The notes under the pieces: generated by a model
Databases searched by the model: none
The model's input: the letters and a program-made list of their open reading frames with translations, nothing else
What the model was told of the DNA's origin: nothing
Shown here: piece after piece, positions 1 through 9,434 of the stretch
How positions within the stretch are numbered: the stretch's first letter is position 1
Layout: each line of letters begins with the position of its first letter
DNA from: Longimicrobiales bacterium
GTDB taxonomy: Bacteria; Gemmatimonadota; Gemmatimonadetes; Longimicrobiales; Gaopeijiaceae
NCBI GenBank assembly: GCA_041690395.1
Contig: JAWLHJ010000005.1
Coordinates: 480,001 to 544,000 of the forward strand
Direction: 5' to 3'
DNA: 64,000 bases
Program-made: the position numbers and the translations under genes

Positions 1-641
1 TCCGGGTAGATGCGCCGCAGGAACTCGACCTGGGTGAGCGTTCCGGGCTGTTGCAGGGCCACGCTGAGCTGCCGGGTCCGGTTGTTCTTCAGCCGGTCGA
101 GCTCGGACTCGGGAAGCGCGGGGTTGCGCACCACGTCGGCGACGAGGGCGACGAGGTCCGACGCGAACTCCTGGAGGACGTCGCCGCCCACGCTGGTTCG
201 GTCCTGGCCCACGCCGAGGGAGAGAGAGCCTCCCATGGACGCTGCCTCGGTGGCGATCTGCTCGGCGGACCGGGTGGTCGTCCCTTCCTGGACGAGGTCG
301 CCCGTGAGTGCGGCGAGCCAGATCTCGTCGGCCCCCTCGTCCACGCTCCCGGTCGGCAGGACCAGACGCACGGTCGCCTTTGGCGTCGCGCCGTACGGAA
401 CGAGCGTCACGGTGAGGCCGTTGGCGAGCGTGTAGCGCTCGATCTCCGGGAGTGGGAACGGGCGCGGCTCACCGATCTCCGGGCGGGGCGCTGGCTCCTG
501 CGCGTGCACGGCGCCCGGTGCGAGCGTCAGGGCGACGGCCGCCGCCACCGCGCGGGCGCTCCGGCGGCACCACCGTGCCCGGCTCGTCACGCGCCTCGCC
601 GCGGTCCCGCAGGTGGGCGGGGTCTTCCGCCGCGGCCTCAT
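1..641 (-). CDS. M16 (pitrilysin-family) peptidase, probable non-catalytic partner subunit; runs off the left window edge
   Basis: Manual translation from ATG 641 (ATGA overlap with the upstream stop): signal-like segment ...AVHAQ, then 'IERYTLANGLTVTLVP...PKATVRL...TGSVDE...LTGDLVQEGTTTRSAEQIA', a typical M16 N-domain without HxxEH. Confidence 0.8.
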   Translation of the reverse strand, partial: MRPRRKTPPTCGTAARRVTSRARWCRRSARAVAAAVALTLAPGAVHAQEPAPRPEIGEPRPFPLPEIERYTLANGLTVTLVPYGATPKATVRLVLPTGSVDEGADEIWLAALTGDLVQEGTTTRSAEQIATEAASMGGSLSLGVGQDRTSVGGDVLQEFASDLVALVADVVRNPALPESELDRLKNNRTRQLSVALQQPGTLTQVEFLRRIYP

Positions 642-2059
642 CGTGCACCTCCCTGGCCGGCCGTGGGCTCGAGGACGAGGACCGTTCGGTTCGTCGGTCG
701 CAGGTATTCCTGTGCCGCCTCCCGGATCTGCTCGGCGGTGACGCCCGCGAACCGGTCCTCGATGCGGTTGATCCCGGACGGGTCGTCGTCGAACAGCGCG
801 AACGAGGCCAGCAGGTCCGCCCGGCCGAACCCGAACAGGCCCTCGATCTGGTCGTACAGATTCGAGCGCGCCTTCACCCGGGCCCGGGCGAGCGTCGCCG
901 AGTCCACCACCTCGGTGCGCGCTCGCTCGATCACGGCGTCCACCACGGACTCGATCGAGTCGGCGGCCATGTCCGCGTCGTGGATCAGCGAGAACGACCA
1001 GAGCATCGGGCCGTCGTAGTTGAACAGGTTGCCGAGCGCGTTGACGCCCCCGCTCACGCCGCCGGTCAGCCCCTCCCGCTGAACCAGGGCCTGATGCAGC
1101 CACGAGTCGTCGCCCTGCAGGAGGATCTGGTCGAGGAGGCCCATCGCCCAGTACGCGTCCGAGCCCCGCTCCGGCATGCGGTAGCCGAACGCCACCGCCG
1201 GCCGGTTGGCGAGCGGATCGGTACGGGTGTGGCGCCGCTCGGCGTCCTGGCGGGCTTCCGACACGTCCGGGCGCTCGACGCCCGTGCCCCGTGGGATATC
1301 CCCGAAATACCGCTCGATCCACGCCATCGTGGTCTCGGGCTCGAAGTCGCCGACCATGACGAGGACGGCGTTGTCGGGCGCGTAGTACCGGTCGAAGAAC
1401 GAGCGGACATCCTCGAGCGTCGCGGCGTCGAGATCGGTGAAGTCGCCGTAGAAGTTGTGTGCGTTGTGCCAGTTGTCGAACGCGAGCTGCGGCAGGTCGA
1501 GCCAGGGAAAGCCGCCGTACGGCTGGTTCAGGACGTTCACCCGCACCTCGTTCTTCACGACCTCGCGCTGGTTGACGAGCCGGTCGTCGGTGATGGCGAG
1601 CCCGCGCATGCGGTCGGCCTCGGCCCAGAGGATCGTCTCGAGCGTGTGGGCCGGCACGATCTGGAAGTAGTTCGTGAAGTCGAAGCGGGTGGAACCGTTG
1701 AGCACCCCGCCGTTCTCCTCGACGAGCTGAACGAACTCCATCGTGCCGAGGCTCTCGGAGCCCTGGAACATCATGTGCTCGAAGAGGTGCGCGAAGCCGG
1801 TGCGGCCCTGTGGCTCGACGCGGAAGCCCACCTCGTAGTAGACCGCCACGGTCACGGTCGGTGCCGTGTGGTCCTCGGACAGGACGACCCGGAGACCGTT
1901 GTCGAGCGAGTCGTAGACGACGGGTACCGAGTAGCCTGCGCCTGCCCCCGCGTCGCCTCCCGTGTCGCTTCCGCCACACGCGGTCGCCGCGAGAGCGAGC
2001 AGCACCGCGAGGACTGCGGCCTTGGGGATGTCACGTCTGGGGCTGGTCTCCATTTCCAC
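638..2059 (-). CDS. M16 family zinc metallopeptidase, lipoprotein, catalytic subunit
   Basis: HxxEH motif (GFAHLFEHMMFQGS), LNGSTRFDFTNY, lipobox LAATAC. Confidence 0.9.
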   Translation of the reverse strand: MEMETSPRRDIPKAAVLAVLLALAATACGGSDTGGDAGAGAGYSVPVVYDSLDNGLRVVLSEDHTAPTVTVAVYYEVGFRVEPQGRTGFAHLFEHMMFQGSESLGTMEFVQLVEENGGVLNGSTRFDFTNYFQIVPAHTLETILWAEADRMRGLAITDDRLVNQREVVKNEVRVNVLNQPYGGFPWLDLPQLAFDNWHNAHNFYGDFTDLDAATLEDVRSFFDRYYAPDNAVLVMVGDFEPETTMAWIERYFGDIPRGTGVERPDVSEARQDAERRHTRTDPLANRPAVAFGYRMPERGSDAYWAMGLLDQILLQGDDSWLHQALVQREGLTGGVSGGVNALGNLFNYDGPMLWSFSLIHDADMAADSIESVVDAVIERARTEVVDSATLARARVKARSNLYDQIEGLFGFGRADLLASFALFDDDPSGINRIEDRFAGVTAEQIREAAQEYLRPTNRTVLVLEPTAGQGGAR

Positions 2060-2228
2060 CTCTCCGCTTCGTCGTCCCGGGTGTCCGGCACCGTACGGAC
2101 CGGCGCTCCGCCGCGTTTCGCGGGGGTGGCGTCATCGGCCCGTCCGTACATCTTAAGCTTGACCTGATTCGGACGCACGGGGCGCGGGACGACCCGCCCA
2201 GCGCCACGGAAGACATAGGAGATTCGAC

Positions 2229-3602
2229 GTGACCCGACGCACCCTCGGCTCGACCCTCGGCCTCGCGGCCGCCCTCACCCTGACGCCACTGGCCGTGTCG
2301 GCGCAGGACGCGCCGCCCCCCGAGCTCGACCCGCGCCTCTACGACGTCGCGACCGCGGCTTCGACGGAGCAGGTCGAATCGTACGTCCGGACGCTCGCCG
2401 ACTTCGGCACGCGGAACACGCTGTCCGACACCGTGTCGACCACGCGCGGCATCGGAGCGGCCCGGCGCTGGATCAAGGACGAGTTCGACCGCATCAGCGC
2501 GGCCTGCGGGGGATGCCTGGAGGTCTCGTACCACCGGACGTTCATGGAGGCGGAGGGCCGGATCACCGAGCCCGTCGAGATCGTGAACGTCGTTGCGATC
2601 CTGCGCGGCACCGAGCACCCGAACCGGTACGTCATCATGTCGGGCGACATCGACTCGCGCGCCTCCGACGGATCGGACGGCGTGACCGACGCGCCGGGCG
2701 CCAACGACAACGCGTCGGGGATGGCCGGCACGATCGAGGCCGCGCGGATCCTATCGCAGTACGAGTTCCCGTCGAGCATCGCGTTCATCGGCCTGTCCGG
2801 TGAGGAGCAGGGGCTCTGGGGTGGCCAGTACCTGGCGGCCGACGCGGTCGAGCAGGGGTGGGACATCGCGGCGGTCATCAACAACGACATGATCGGCAAC
2901 ATCGCCGGCATCGACGGCGTCATCGACAACACGATCTTCCGTGTGTTCAGCGAGCCGACCCCCGTGGAGGGACACGGGCCGGACGGGTGGAACTACCGCG
3001 TCTACGGCGGTGAGGTCGACGGACCGTCGCGCCAGATCGCGCGCTACGTGGACCGGGTGGCCGAACGGTTCTTCCCGAACCTCGACGCGATGATGATCTA
3101 CCGGCTCGACCGCTTCGGGCGCGGCGGGCACCACCGGCCGTTCAACGACGCCGGCTTCCCGGGCGTGCGCATCATGGAGGCCCACGAGCACTACGACCGG
3201 CAGCACCAGGACATCCGGGTGGAGAACGGCCGTGAGTACGGGGACGTGATCGACGGCGTCGACTTCGACTTCGCGGCGAAGATGACCAGCCTGAACGCGA
3301 CCGTGCTCGCCGCCATGGCCTGGGGACCGCCGGCGCCGACCAACGTCCAGATCGGCGGCGCAGTGCGGCCGAGTACCACGCTGGCCTGGGACGCGGTCGA
3401 CGACCCGAACCTCGCGGGCTACAAGGTCTACTGGAGGCTCACGACCGAGCCGCAGTGGCAGTGGTCGCGCTGGGTCGGAGCCGTCACCGAGTTCACGATG
3501 GAGAACGTCGTGATCGACAACTACCTCTTCGGTGTGGCGGCCGTGGGTCGGGACGGCAACGAGAGCCCGGTGGCCTTCCCGACGTCGCTGCTGCGCCGGT
3601 AG
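2229..3602 (+). CDS. M28 family peptidase with signal peptide and C-terminal FN3-like region
   Basis: Motifs SGDIDSR, PGANDNASG, GEEQGLWG, NNDMIG; signal peptide ending AVSAQ. Confidence 0.9.
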   Translation: MTRRTLGSTLGLAAALTLTPLAVSAQDAPPPELDPRLYDVATAASTEQVESYVRTLADFGTRNTLSDTVSTTRGIGAARRWIKDEFDRISAACGGCLEVSYHRTFMEAEGRITEPVEIVNVVAILRGTEHPNRYVIMSGDIDSRASDGSDGVTDAPGANDNASGMAGTIEAARILSQYEFPSSIAFIGLSGEEQGLWGGQYLAADAVEQGWDIAAVINNDMIGNIAGIDGVIDNTIFRVFSEPTPVEGHGPDGWNYRVYGGEVDGPSRQIARYVDRVAERFFPNLDAMMIYRLDRFGRGGHHRPFNDAGFPGVRIMEAHEHYDRQHQDIRVENGREYGDVIDGVDFDFAAKMTSLNATVLAAMAWGPPAPTNVQIGGAVRPSTTLAWDAVDDPNLAGYKVYWRLTTEPQWQWSRWVGAVTEFTMENVVIDNYLFGVAAVGRDGNESPVAFPTSLLRR

Positions 3603-3644
3603 CGGGCTTCGGGCCCCGACCCGACCCCGCGATCGCCCCCGCCC

Positions 3645-3950
3645 ATGGACCGCACGGACGTCTTCGCACGCGACGGTTACCGGTGTGTGTACTGCGGGCA
3701 GGCCGATCCCGACGTCGAGCTCAGCGTGGATCACGTGGAGCCGCGCATGCGAGGCGGGGACAACAGCCGCGGCAACCTGGTGACGGCCTGCGTCGACTGT
3801 AATCGCCAGAAGGGCGGGCAGCCGGCGTGGGCCTACCTCCAGGACCGTGACGAGGAGCGCCGCTCGTTCCTCGCCCGGGCCGACTACATCTGGCCGCGAT
3901 TGCGGAACGCTGTGGTCGAGGCGGCCGAGAAGGCGGGCCGGCGGGGCTGA
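3645..3950 (+). CDS. Small stand-alone HNH endonuclease
   Basis: RDGYRCVYCG...VDHVEPRMRGG...NLVTACVDCNRQKG: two CxxC plus HNH catalytic residues. Confidence 0.9.
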   Translation: MDRTDVFARDGYRCVYCGQADPDVELSVDHVEPRMRGGDNSRGNLVTACVDCNRQKGGQPAWAYLQDRDEERRSFLARADYIWPRLRNAVVEAAEKAGRRG

Positions 3951-4056
3951 GGTGGCGGGCGCGGTTTGAGGCGGCGGGCGCGGCTGAGGCGGGCCGGCGC
4001 GGCCGAGGTGCCCCGGCGCGGTTGAGCCCGCCCGGCGCGGCTGAGCGGCCCGGCGG
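3945..4056. repeat. Degenerate tandem repeat, 6 units of 18-19 nt (consensus GGYYGAG-N6/7-GGCGC)
   Basis: Units start at 3945, 3963, 3982, 4001, 4020, 4039: ggctgaggtggcgggcgc / ggtttgaggcggcgggcgc / ggctgaggcgggccggcgc / ggccgaggtgccccggcgc / ggttgagcccgcccggcgc / ggctgagcggcccggcgg. Confidence 0.7.
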
Positions 4057-4324
4057 AGACCCGGCACAGACCGTGGCCAGGTCGAGCTCCCCGGCGAAAA
4101 TCTGACACGGACGGCGTTCCGGGGCACGGCTGGGCGGATTCACCGCCTCATTCGGCGGAAAACCACCTGGTGATCGTCCAGGTCAACGCCGCCTTTGCAT
4201 TTTTCTGCCGCTCAGCGACGGGAATCCGACATTGGGGTCGTGGGCGCCGCACGAATGTACGGATTTCCCCCTTCGGCCCCGTGCGTGCGCTCACGGGCGC
4301 TTCACCCGGCGGGGCGGCCGCGCG

Positions 4325-5524
4325 CTATCCGCGCGGCGATCCCTCCAACAGCCCCTCGAGCGGCTCCTCGCGCGCACCCCCCTCATCGCACACGCAGAAG
4401 TTCGACTCCCCGGTGCCGTAGAGCGCCACGCCAGCGTAGTCACCCTCCTTGTTCAAGATGAAGAAGCGCACGTCGAAGTTCGGGAGGCCTCGCTCGTTCA
4501 GGAGCCTCGGCTCGACGGTGTTGGCCTGGATGCGGCGCAGCGCGGCCATGCCGGCGTCTTTCGGGCTCATCCCCTGGCGCATCATCTCGACGATGAGGAA
4601 CGACGCGCACGAGTAGATGTTCGCCTCGCCACGCCCGGTCGATCCGGCCGCGCCGACCTCGTTGTCGACGTACTGACCGGCACCCAGCAGCGGCGAGTCG
4701 CCCACCCGCCCGGGGATCTTCCACGCGAGCCCGCTGGTCGTCGTCACACCGCAGAGGTCGCCGTCGGCGTTGACGCCCTCGATGGACGTCGTGCCCCAGA
4801 ACGAGCTCTCGGGGATCAGGCCGTCGTCCACCATGGAGAGCCCGGCCTCGAGCGCGGCATCGGCGAAGCCCGGTCCGGGCGGCGGCCGGCCGATGAGGTC
4901 CGGATCGGTCACCTCTCCGGCCCGGCCCTGTCCGCGGAGTCGCTCCTCCGGGTCCAGCCAGTGGCTCGGGTCGACCCGGCGACGCCACTCGAGCCAGAGC
5001 TCGCGCGACCGATCGGTGTTCAGGTCGTCTTCGACGGTGAAGCCGAGCGAGCGCGCGAACTCTCGTGCGCCCTCTCCCACCAGGAGGTGGTGGTCCGTGA
5101 GCTCCGCGACCGCCTTGGCGATCAGCGACGGAGTCCGGATGCCCTCGATGGAGGCGACGCCGCCCGCCCACTTCCGCGGGCCGTGCATCACGCAGGAGTC
5201 GAGCTGCACGACACCTTCGGCGTTCGGAAGCCCCCCGAACCCGATGCCCGACTCCTCCGGGTCCAACTCGGGGATGTTGGCGCCCGCGACCAGAGCGTCG
5301 AGGACGTCTTCACCCCCGGTGATGCCCCGGTACGCCCGCTCGATGGCGCTCTCCGGTCCACCGTTCCGGTAGCGGATGGCGCTCACGTCGGCCACGCAGC
5401 GGGCGGTGGCGCGGCGGCCCCGCTTCACGAACGGGGCCTCCACCGTTGCGGCGCCGAGCGCTCCGGGCAACGAAACGGTGGCGATACCTGCGGCGGTGGA
5501 CTTCACGAAGTTACGGCGGTCCAT
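4325..5524 (-). CDS. Ntn-hydrolase of the glycosylasparaginase/isoaspartyl peptidase family, Tat-exported
   Basis: Twin-arginine signal MDRRNFVK; GFGGLPNAEGVVQLDSCVM, TTTSGLAWKIPGRVGDSPLLGAG, GSTGRGE. Confidence 0.9.
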   Translation of the reverse strand: MDRRNFVKSTAAGIATVSLPGALGAATVEAPFVKRGRRATARCVADVSAIRYRNGGPESAIERAYRGITGGEDVLDALVAGANIPELDPEESGIGFGGLPNAEGVVQLDSCVMHGPRKWAGGVASIEGIRTPSLIAKAVAELTDHHLLVGEGAREFARSLGFTVEDDLNTDRSRELWLEWRRRVDPSHWLDPEERLRGQGRAGEVTDPDLIGRPPPGPGFADAALEAGLSMVDDGLIPESSFWGTTSIEGVNADGDLCGVTTTSGLAWKIPGRVGDSPLLGAGQYVDNEVGAAGSTGRGEANIYSCASFLIVEMMRQGMSPKDAGMAALRRIQANTVEPRLLNERGLPNFDVRFFILNKEGDYAGVALYGTGESNFCVCDEGGAREEPLEGLLEGSPRG

Positions 5525-5637
5525 AATGATCTCCCGGCGAATTCCCGATTCTTCCGACTCCTGAAGGAGCATAGCGCGTAGGCGCCTCGGTCGCGATGTT
5601 CCGGGGGTGAATCCTCACTCTTCGGTCGGGAGGGATC

Positions 5638-6165
5638 GTGTCTGGGATCAAGCAAGAGCGACCCGGGGTCGTGGCAGGCGTCTTCGAGGACCAGGAAGCC
5701 GCGGCCCAGGCCATCGCGGGGCTCGTCGAGGCTCATTTCGAGCCGAATGACGACATCTCCGTCGTGCTGACGGATGAATGGACGGCCGAGCATGAATCCG
5801 TCCCGATCAGGGACGAGTTGGAGATGATAGAAGGAGCCAAGCTCGGTGGCGGCATCGGGGCAGTCATCGGTGCGACCGGTGCGGCGATGGTGGCCGCCGG
5901 CGTCCTGGCCGGACCGGCGGCCTTGGTCGCGGTCGGACCCGTGATCGCGGCGCTCGAAGGCGGTTTGGCCGTGGGCGCCTTCGGCACCGTCGCCGGATGG
6001 CTGGTCGGCCTCGGGATCATGCGCGAGGAAGCGGACTTCCATGCCGCGCACATCAAGGAAGGCTCGGTGTGGGTGGGCGTGCACGCGACCGGGGAACGGG
6101 CCGAGAGGGCCCACGAGGTGCTCGCCGAGGCCGGGGCGAAGTTCTACGACGAGACGGTGCCTTGA
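5638..6165 (+). CDS. Small membrane protein, general-stress/DUF1269-like with glycine-zipper helices
   Basis: VAGVFEDQEAAAQAIAGL N-terminus, Gly/Ala-rich hydrophobic hairpin, GLGIMREEA...IKEGSVWVGVH. Confidence 0.6.
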   Translation: MSGIKQERPGVVAGVFEDQEAAAQAIAGLVEAHFEPNDDISVVLTDEWTAEHESVPIRDELEMIEGAKLGGGIGAVIGATGAAMVAAGVLAGPAALVAVGPVIAALEGGLAVGAFGTVAGWLVGLGIMREEADFHAAHIKEGSVWVGVHATGERAERAHEVLAEAGAKFYDETVP

Positions 6166-6187
6166 GTGGACGGGGCGCAGGTGGGGC

Positions 6188-8869
6188 TCACTCGCCCCGA
6201 AGCACTTCCATGGGGTCGAGTGAGGCCGCCCGCCTCGCGGGAAACACGCTGGCCGCCACGGCCACCGCGGGGACCGTGATCAGAACGCCGAGGAAGACCC
6301 AGGGATCGCGGGGGCTGGCCGTGAAGAGCGCGGACGCCAGGAACGGCGCGACCGCGAACGCGACGGCCAACCCGAGCGTGGTGCCGGCGCCCACGATGAC
6401 CAGGCCGTCCCGGACGACCTTCCGAGCCACCTGTCCGCGCCGAGCGCCAATGGCCATCCGAATCCCGATCTCACCGACACGCTGCCGGACCCCGTACGAC
6501 ACAACGCCGTAGAGCCCCGCCACGGCGAGGAGTAGGGCGGCGCCCGCGAAGCCGAGCATGAGCCACATGCTCGCGCGCCGGGCCCAGAGCGCATCGGCCA
6601 TGACCTCTGCCATGGTCGTGACCCGGAACATTGCCACGCCAGGCGCCTGTTCCGTGAGGGCGGCCCGGAGCGACTCCGTGAGGCGGGTCGGCTCGCCGGC
6701 GCTCCGGACGGCGATGTTCATCGCGCTCGGAGGAAGCTGTGGCAAGGGCACCCAGACCCCGGGGCGCATGGGCTCGTCGAGCCCGTAGTGCTTCGTGTCG
6801 GCGGTGACGGCCACGACCGTCCACCAGTCGCGGCCTCCCGTGCGTACCCGCGCGCCCACGGGCTCCTCGAGGTGGCCCAGGAACTCCCGAGCGAAGGTCT
6901 CGTTGACCACGACGACCCCCGCGCCTTCGTCCCTTCCGTCGGATGCCGTGAGGGCCCGACCCTGGACGATCTGCACACCCATCGTCTCCAGATAGCCCGG
7001 ACTGATGGCCCGAACCAGGACGACGGGGTTCGCCTCGCCGTCGGCACGCTCCGGGGCGCCCTCCGCCTGGAAGAAGTATCCACTGTGGCCCCGGAGCGGC
7101 AGGATCGTGGTCGCGCCGGCCGAGACGACGCCCGGGACGGCCTCGACCCGCTCGAGATGTTCGGTCCAGAAGCGGACCCGCTCCGCGGGCGTGGGATAGC
7201 GCTCGGCCGGGAGCTGCACGGTGTAGGCGAGCACACCCTCCGTCCGGAACCCAGGCTCGACATCCTGAAGGGCCTGCGCGTCCCGGAGGGTGACCCCCGT
7301 CACGACCAGTAACATACACGCGAGGGCGATCTGTCCGGCCACCAACATGCCGGTCGCGCGGACCTGCCGTTGTCCGGCCGTGCCGCGGGAGGTGGTCGTG
7401 CTGAACGACCCCGAGGCTTGCGCGCGTGACAGGCGGAGCGCCGGGAACATCCCGAAGAGCACGGCGGTGGCCGCCGTCGCGATCACGGTGAACAGCACCA
7501 GGCGCCCGTCGATGTCGAAGCGGACCCACGGTGGAAACTGGTCCCCGAGGCGGAACACCATGAGGCCCGACAGCCAGACACCCACACCTGCTCCGGCGAC
7601 CCCTCCCGCGAGCGCGAGCACGAGGCTCTCGGTGAAGAGATGACGCACGATGCGACCCCGCCCGGCACCCATTGCCAACCGGATCTCGATCTCCCGCTGT
7701 CGGCCCAGCGCTCGAACCAGCGTGAGTCCCGCGATGTTCGCACACGCCAGGAGAAGGATCACGCCCACCGCGCCGACGAGCACATGGAGGCCGGTGCGTG
7801 CGTCGCCGAGATACCGTTCCCTGAGGGAGCTCACGACCGGGAAGGTCACCTCGTTGACGGACCATCGATCCACGAGGCTTTTGTGCACGCGCGTCAGGTC
7901 CTCCTCCGCTCCGCTCAGGGTCACGCCGGGCAGGAGGCGCCCGACACCCTGATAGGAGAACGCATCGTGCGTGCCGGGGTCCTCCTGCAGGGGGACCCAG
8001 AGATCGGCATCCTCGACGAAGGAGGCCTCCGGCGGGATTACGCCCAGGACCTGGAACACGCGATCGTCCAAGGTCACCGTCCCACCGACGACCGACGGGT
8101 CCCGACCGTAGGCCTGTACCCAAAGCCCATGGCCGAGCAACGCCACGAGCGGACCATCCGGCACGTCCTCGCTCTCGTTGAACAGTCGGCCCTCGACGGG
8201 CTCGATGCCCAGCGTCGTCGCCAGATCGTGGGAGGCCCGTACGAGGCTCACACGGGTTGCGCCGTCCACGCCCTGCAGACTCGCGCCCCCCACGTCGTAG
8301 ACGGCCATGGACTCGAAGGTCCGGTTGCCGTCCCGCCACGCCGCGAAGTCCGCGTACGCCATCCCGGTGAAGTCAAGATTCCACTGGGGCGCCCGCGTAT
8401 CCAGATCGACGAGGCGCCCGGCATCCTCGAAAGGAAGGGATCGGACGAAGAGCCCATCGTAGACGCGAAACACCGCGGTGTTGGCCGCGACCGCCATCAT
8501 CATGATCGCCACCACGGTGATCGCGTACGCCGGCTGCCTGGACAGGGACCGGACCGCGTAACGGATATCGTAGACCAGAGCACGCATCGAAGACTCCCCC
8601 TCGTCGGTTCTCCCCCGCCGGGCACCGGCCCGGACCCCCACCCTCTCCAGCACCGCGTGGCGCGCCGTATCGAACGCCAACGCACCCCAGAACCCGATCC
8701 CCGTCGAGCGCCCCGATCTGCTCCGGTCGGCCAGCATATCGGCCACGAGGCGCTCGGCCGCCCTACCGTGCTCACGCCTCCAGGCGGGCGGCATCAGGAG
8801 CAGAAGCGCCCGATACCAGAGCGGAGCACGCCGATCGCGACTCGGTGGTGGGACGTCGGGATCGGTCAC
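6188..8869 (-). CDS. Duplicated MacB/FtsX-type orphan ABC permease (ADOP-like) with N-terminal prefix
   Basis: DIRYAVRSL, LLLACANIAGL, REIEIRLAMGAGRGR, EIGIRMAIGA, C-terminal ARRAASLDPMEVLRGE; GTG 8869 overlaps the PadR stop (GTGA). Confidence 0.9.
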   Translation of the reverse strand: MTDPDVPPPSRDRRAPLWYRALLLLMPPAWRREHGRAAERLVADMLADRSRSGRSTGIGFWGALAFDTARHAVLERVGVRAGARRGRTDEGESSMRALVYDIRYAVRSLSRQPAYAITVVAIMMMAVAANTAVFRVYDGLFVRSLPFEDAGRLVDLDTRAPQWNLDFTGMAYADFAAWRDGNRTFESMAVYDVGGASLQGVDGATRVSLVRASHDLATTLGIEPVEGRLFNESEDVPDGPLVALLGHGLWVQAYGRDPSVVGGTVTLDDRVFQVLGVIPPEASFVEDADLWVPLQEDPGTHDAFSYQGVGRLLPGVTLSGAEEDLTRVHKSLVDRWSVNEVTFPVVSSLRERYLGDARTGLHVLVGAVGVILLLACANIAGLTLVRALGRQREIEIRLAMGAGRGRIVRHLFTESLVLALAGGVAGAGVGVWLSGLMVFRLGDQFPPWVRFDIDGRLVLFTVIATAATAVLFGMFPALRLSRAQASGSFSTTTSRGTAGQRQVRATGMLVAGQIALACMLLVVTGVTLRDAQALQDVEPGFRTEGVLAYTVQLPAERYPTPAERVRFWTEHLERVEAVPGVVSAGATTILPLRGHSGYFFQAEGAPERADGEANPVVLVRAISPGYLETMGVQIVQGRALTASDGRDEGAGVVVVNETFAREFLGHLEEPVGARVRTGGRDWWTVVAVTADTKHYGLDEPMRPGVWVPLPQLPPSAMNIAVRSAGEPTRLTESLRAALTEQAPGVAMFRVTTMAEVMADALWARRASMWLMLGFAGAALLLAVAGLYGVVSYGVRQRVGEIGIRMAIGARRGQVARKVVRDGLVIVGAGTTLGLAVAFAVAPFLASALFTASPRDPWVFLGVLITVPAVAVAASVFPARRAASLDPMEVLRGE

Positions 8870-9186
8870 GTGACCGCGTTCCTCGCCGCACGGACCCATT
8901 CAGCCAGCATGTCGGTCTCTTCCTTGAGGCGAGCCCGCCCCGGACCCGTCAGCGCGTAGTACTGGCGACGCTCGTCCTCCGCCTCGCCCGGCGGCGTCCC
9001 GACCTGCTCGACCATGCCCTCGTCCTCGAGCGTGGCCAACGATCGGTAGAGCATGGCCGGCCACAAGGTCATATGCCCCGCCGTGGCGTCCAGGACCGCG
9101 CGTTGGATGCCGAAGCCGTGCAGCGGCTTGTCCGCCAGTGCGAGGAGGATGTGGTACCACTGGGGCTTCATTGGACGACCGATCAT
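8866..9186 (-). CDS. PadR family transcriptional regulator
   Basis: HILLALADKPLHGFGI...LYRSLATLEDEGMV...RRQYYALTGPGR winged HTH. Confidence 0.9.
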   Translation of the reverse strand: MIGRPMKPQWYHILLALADKPLHGFGIQRAVLDATAGHMTLWPAMLYRSLATLEDEGMVEQVGTPPGEAEDERRQYYALTGPGRARLKEETDMLAEWVRAARNAVT

Positions 9187-9228
9187 CGAGACCTCGACGG
9201 AAGGACGCGCCGGCTCGGCGGCAATTGC

Positions 9229-9261
9229 ATCACATAAGACTAGTATTGTGTGATATCAATA
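9229..9261. promoter_or_regulatory. AT-rich palindromic operator candidate upstream of PadR (8866-9186)
   Basis: ATCACATAAGACTAGTATTGTGTGAT (9229-9254) is an inverted repeat with 11/13 pairs; it overlaps TATTG-N8-CAATA (9244-9261). Confidence 0.6.
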
Positions 9262-9434
9262 TGTGCGCAAGAGGCTCTGCTCGGGGCGTCAGCGCGCGCC
9301 GACGCGTCTCAGTCGCCCGGGCGAGAGGCTGCGACCACCCCGCCGGCTCAGGAGCGTTGGTCGGCGGCCACACCGGGACGAACCGGGGCGCGCGGGGACG
9401 GGAGGAGGATCGGCGAAGGGATCCTCCAGCGAGG

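Noticed and set aside
3945..4056. CRISPR array
   Set aside because: The units are only 18-19 nt with 6-7 variable nt, the repeats are degenerate, and no cas genes are present.
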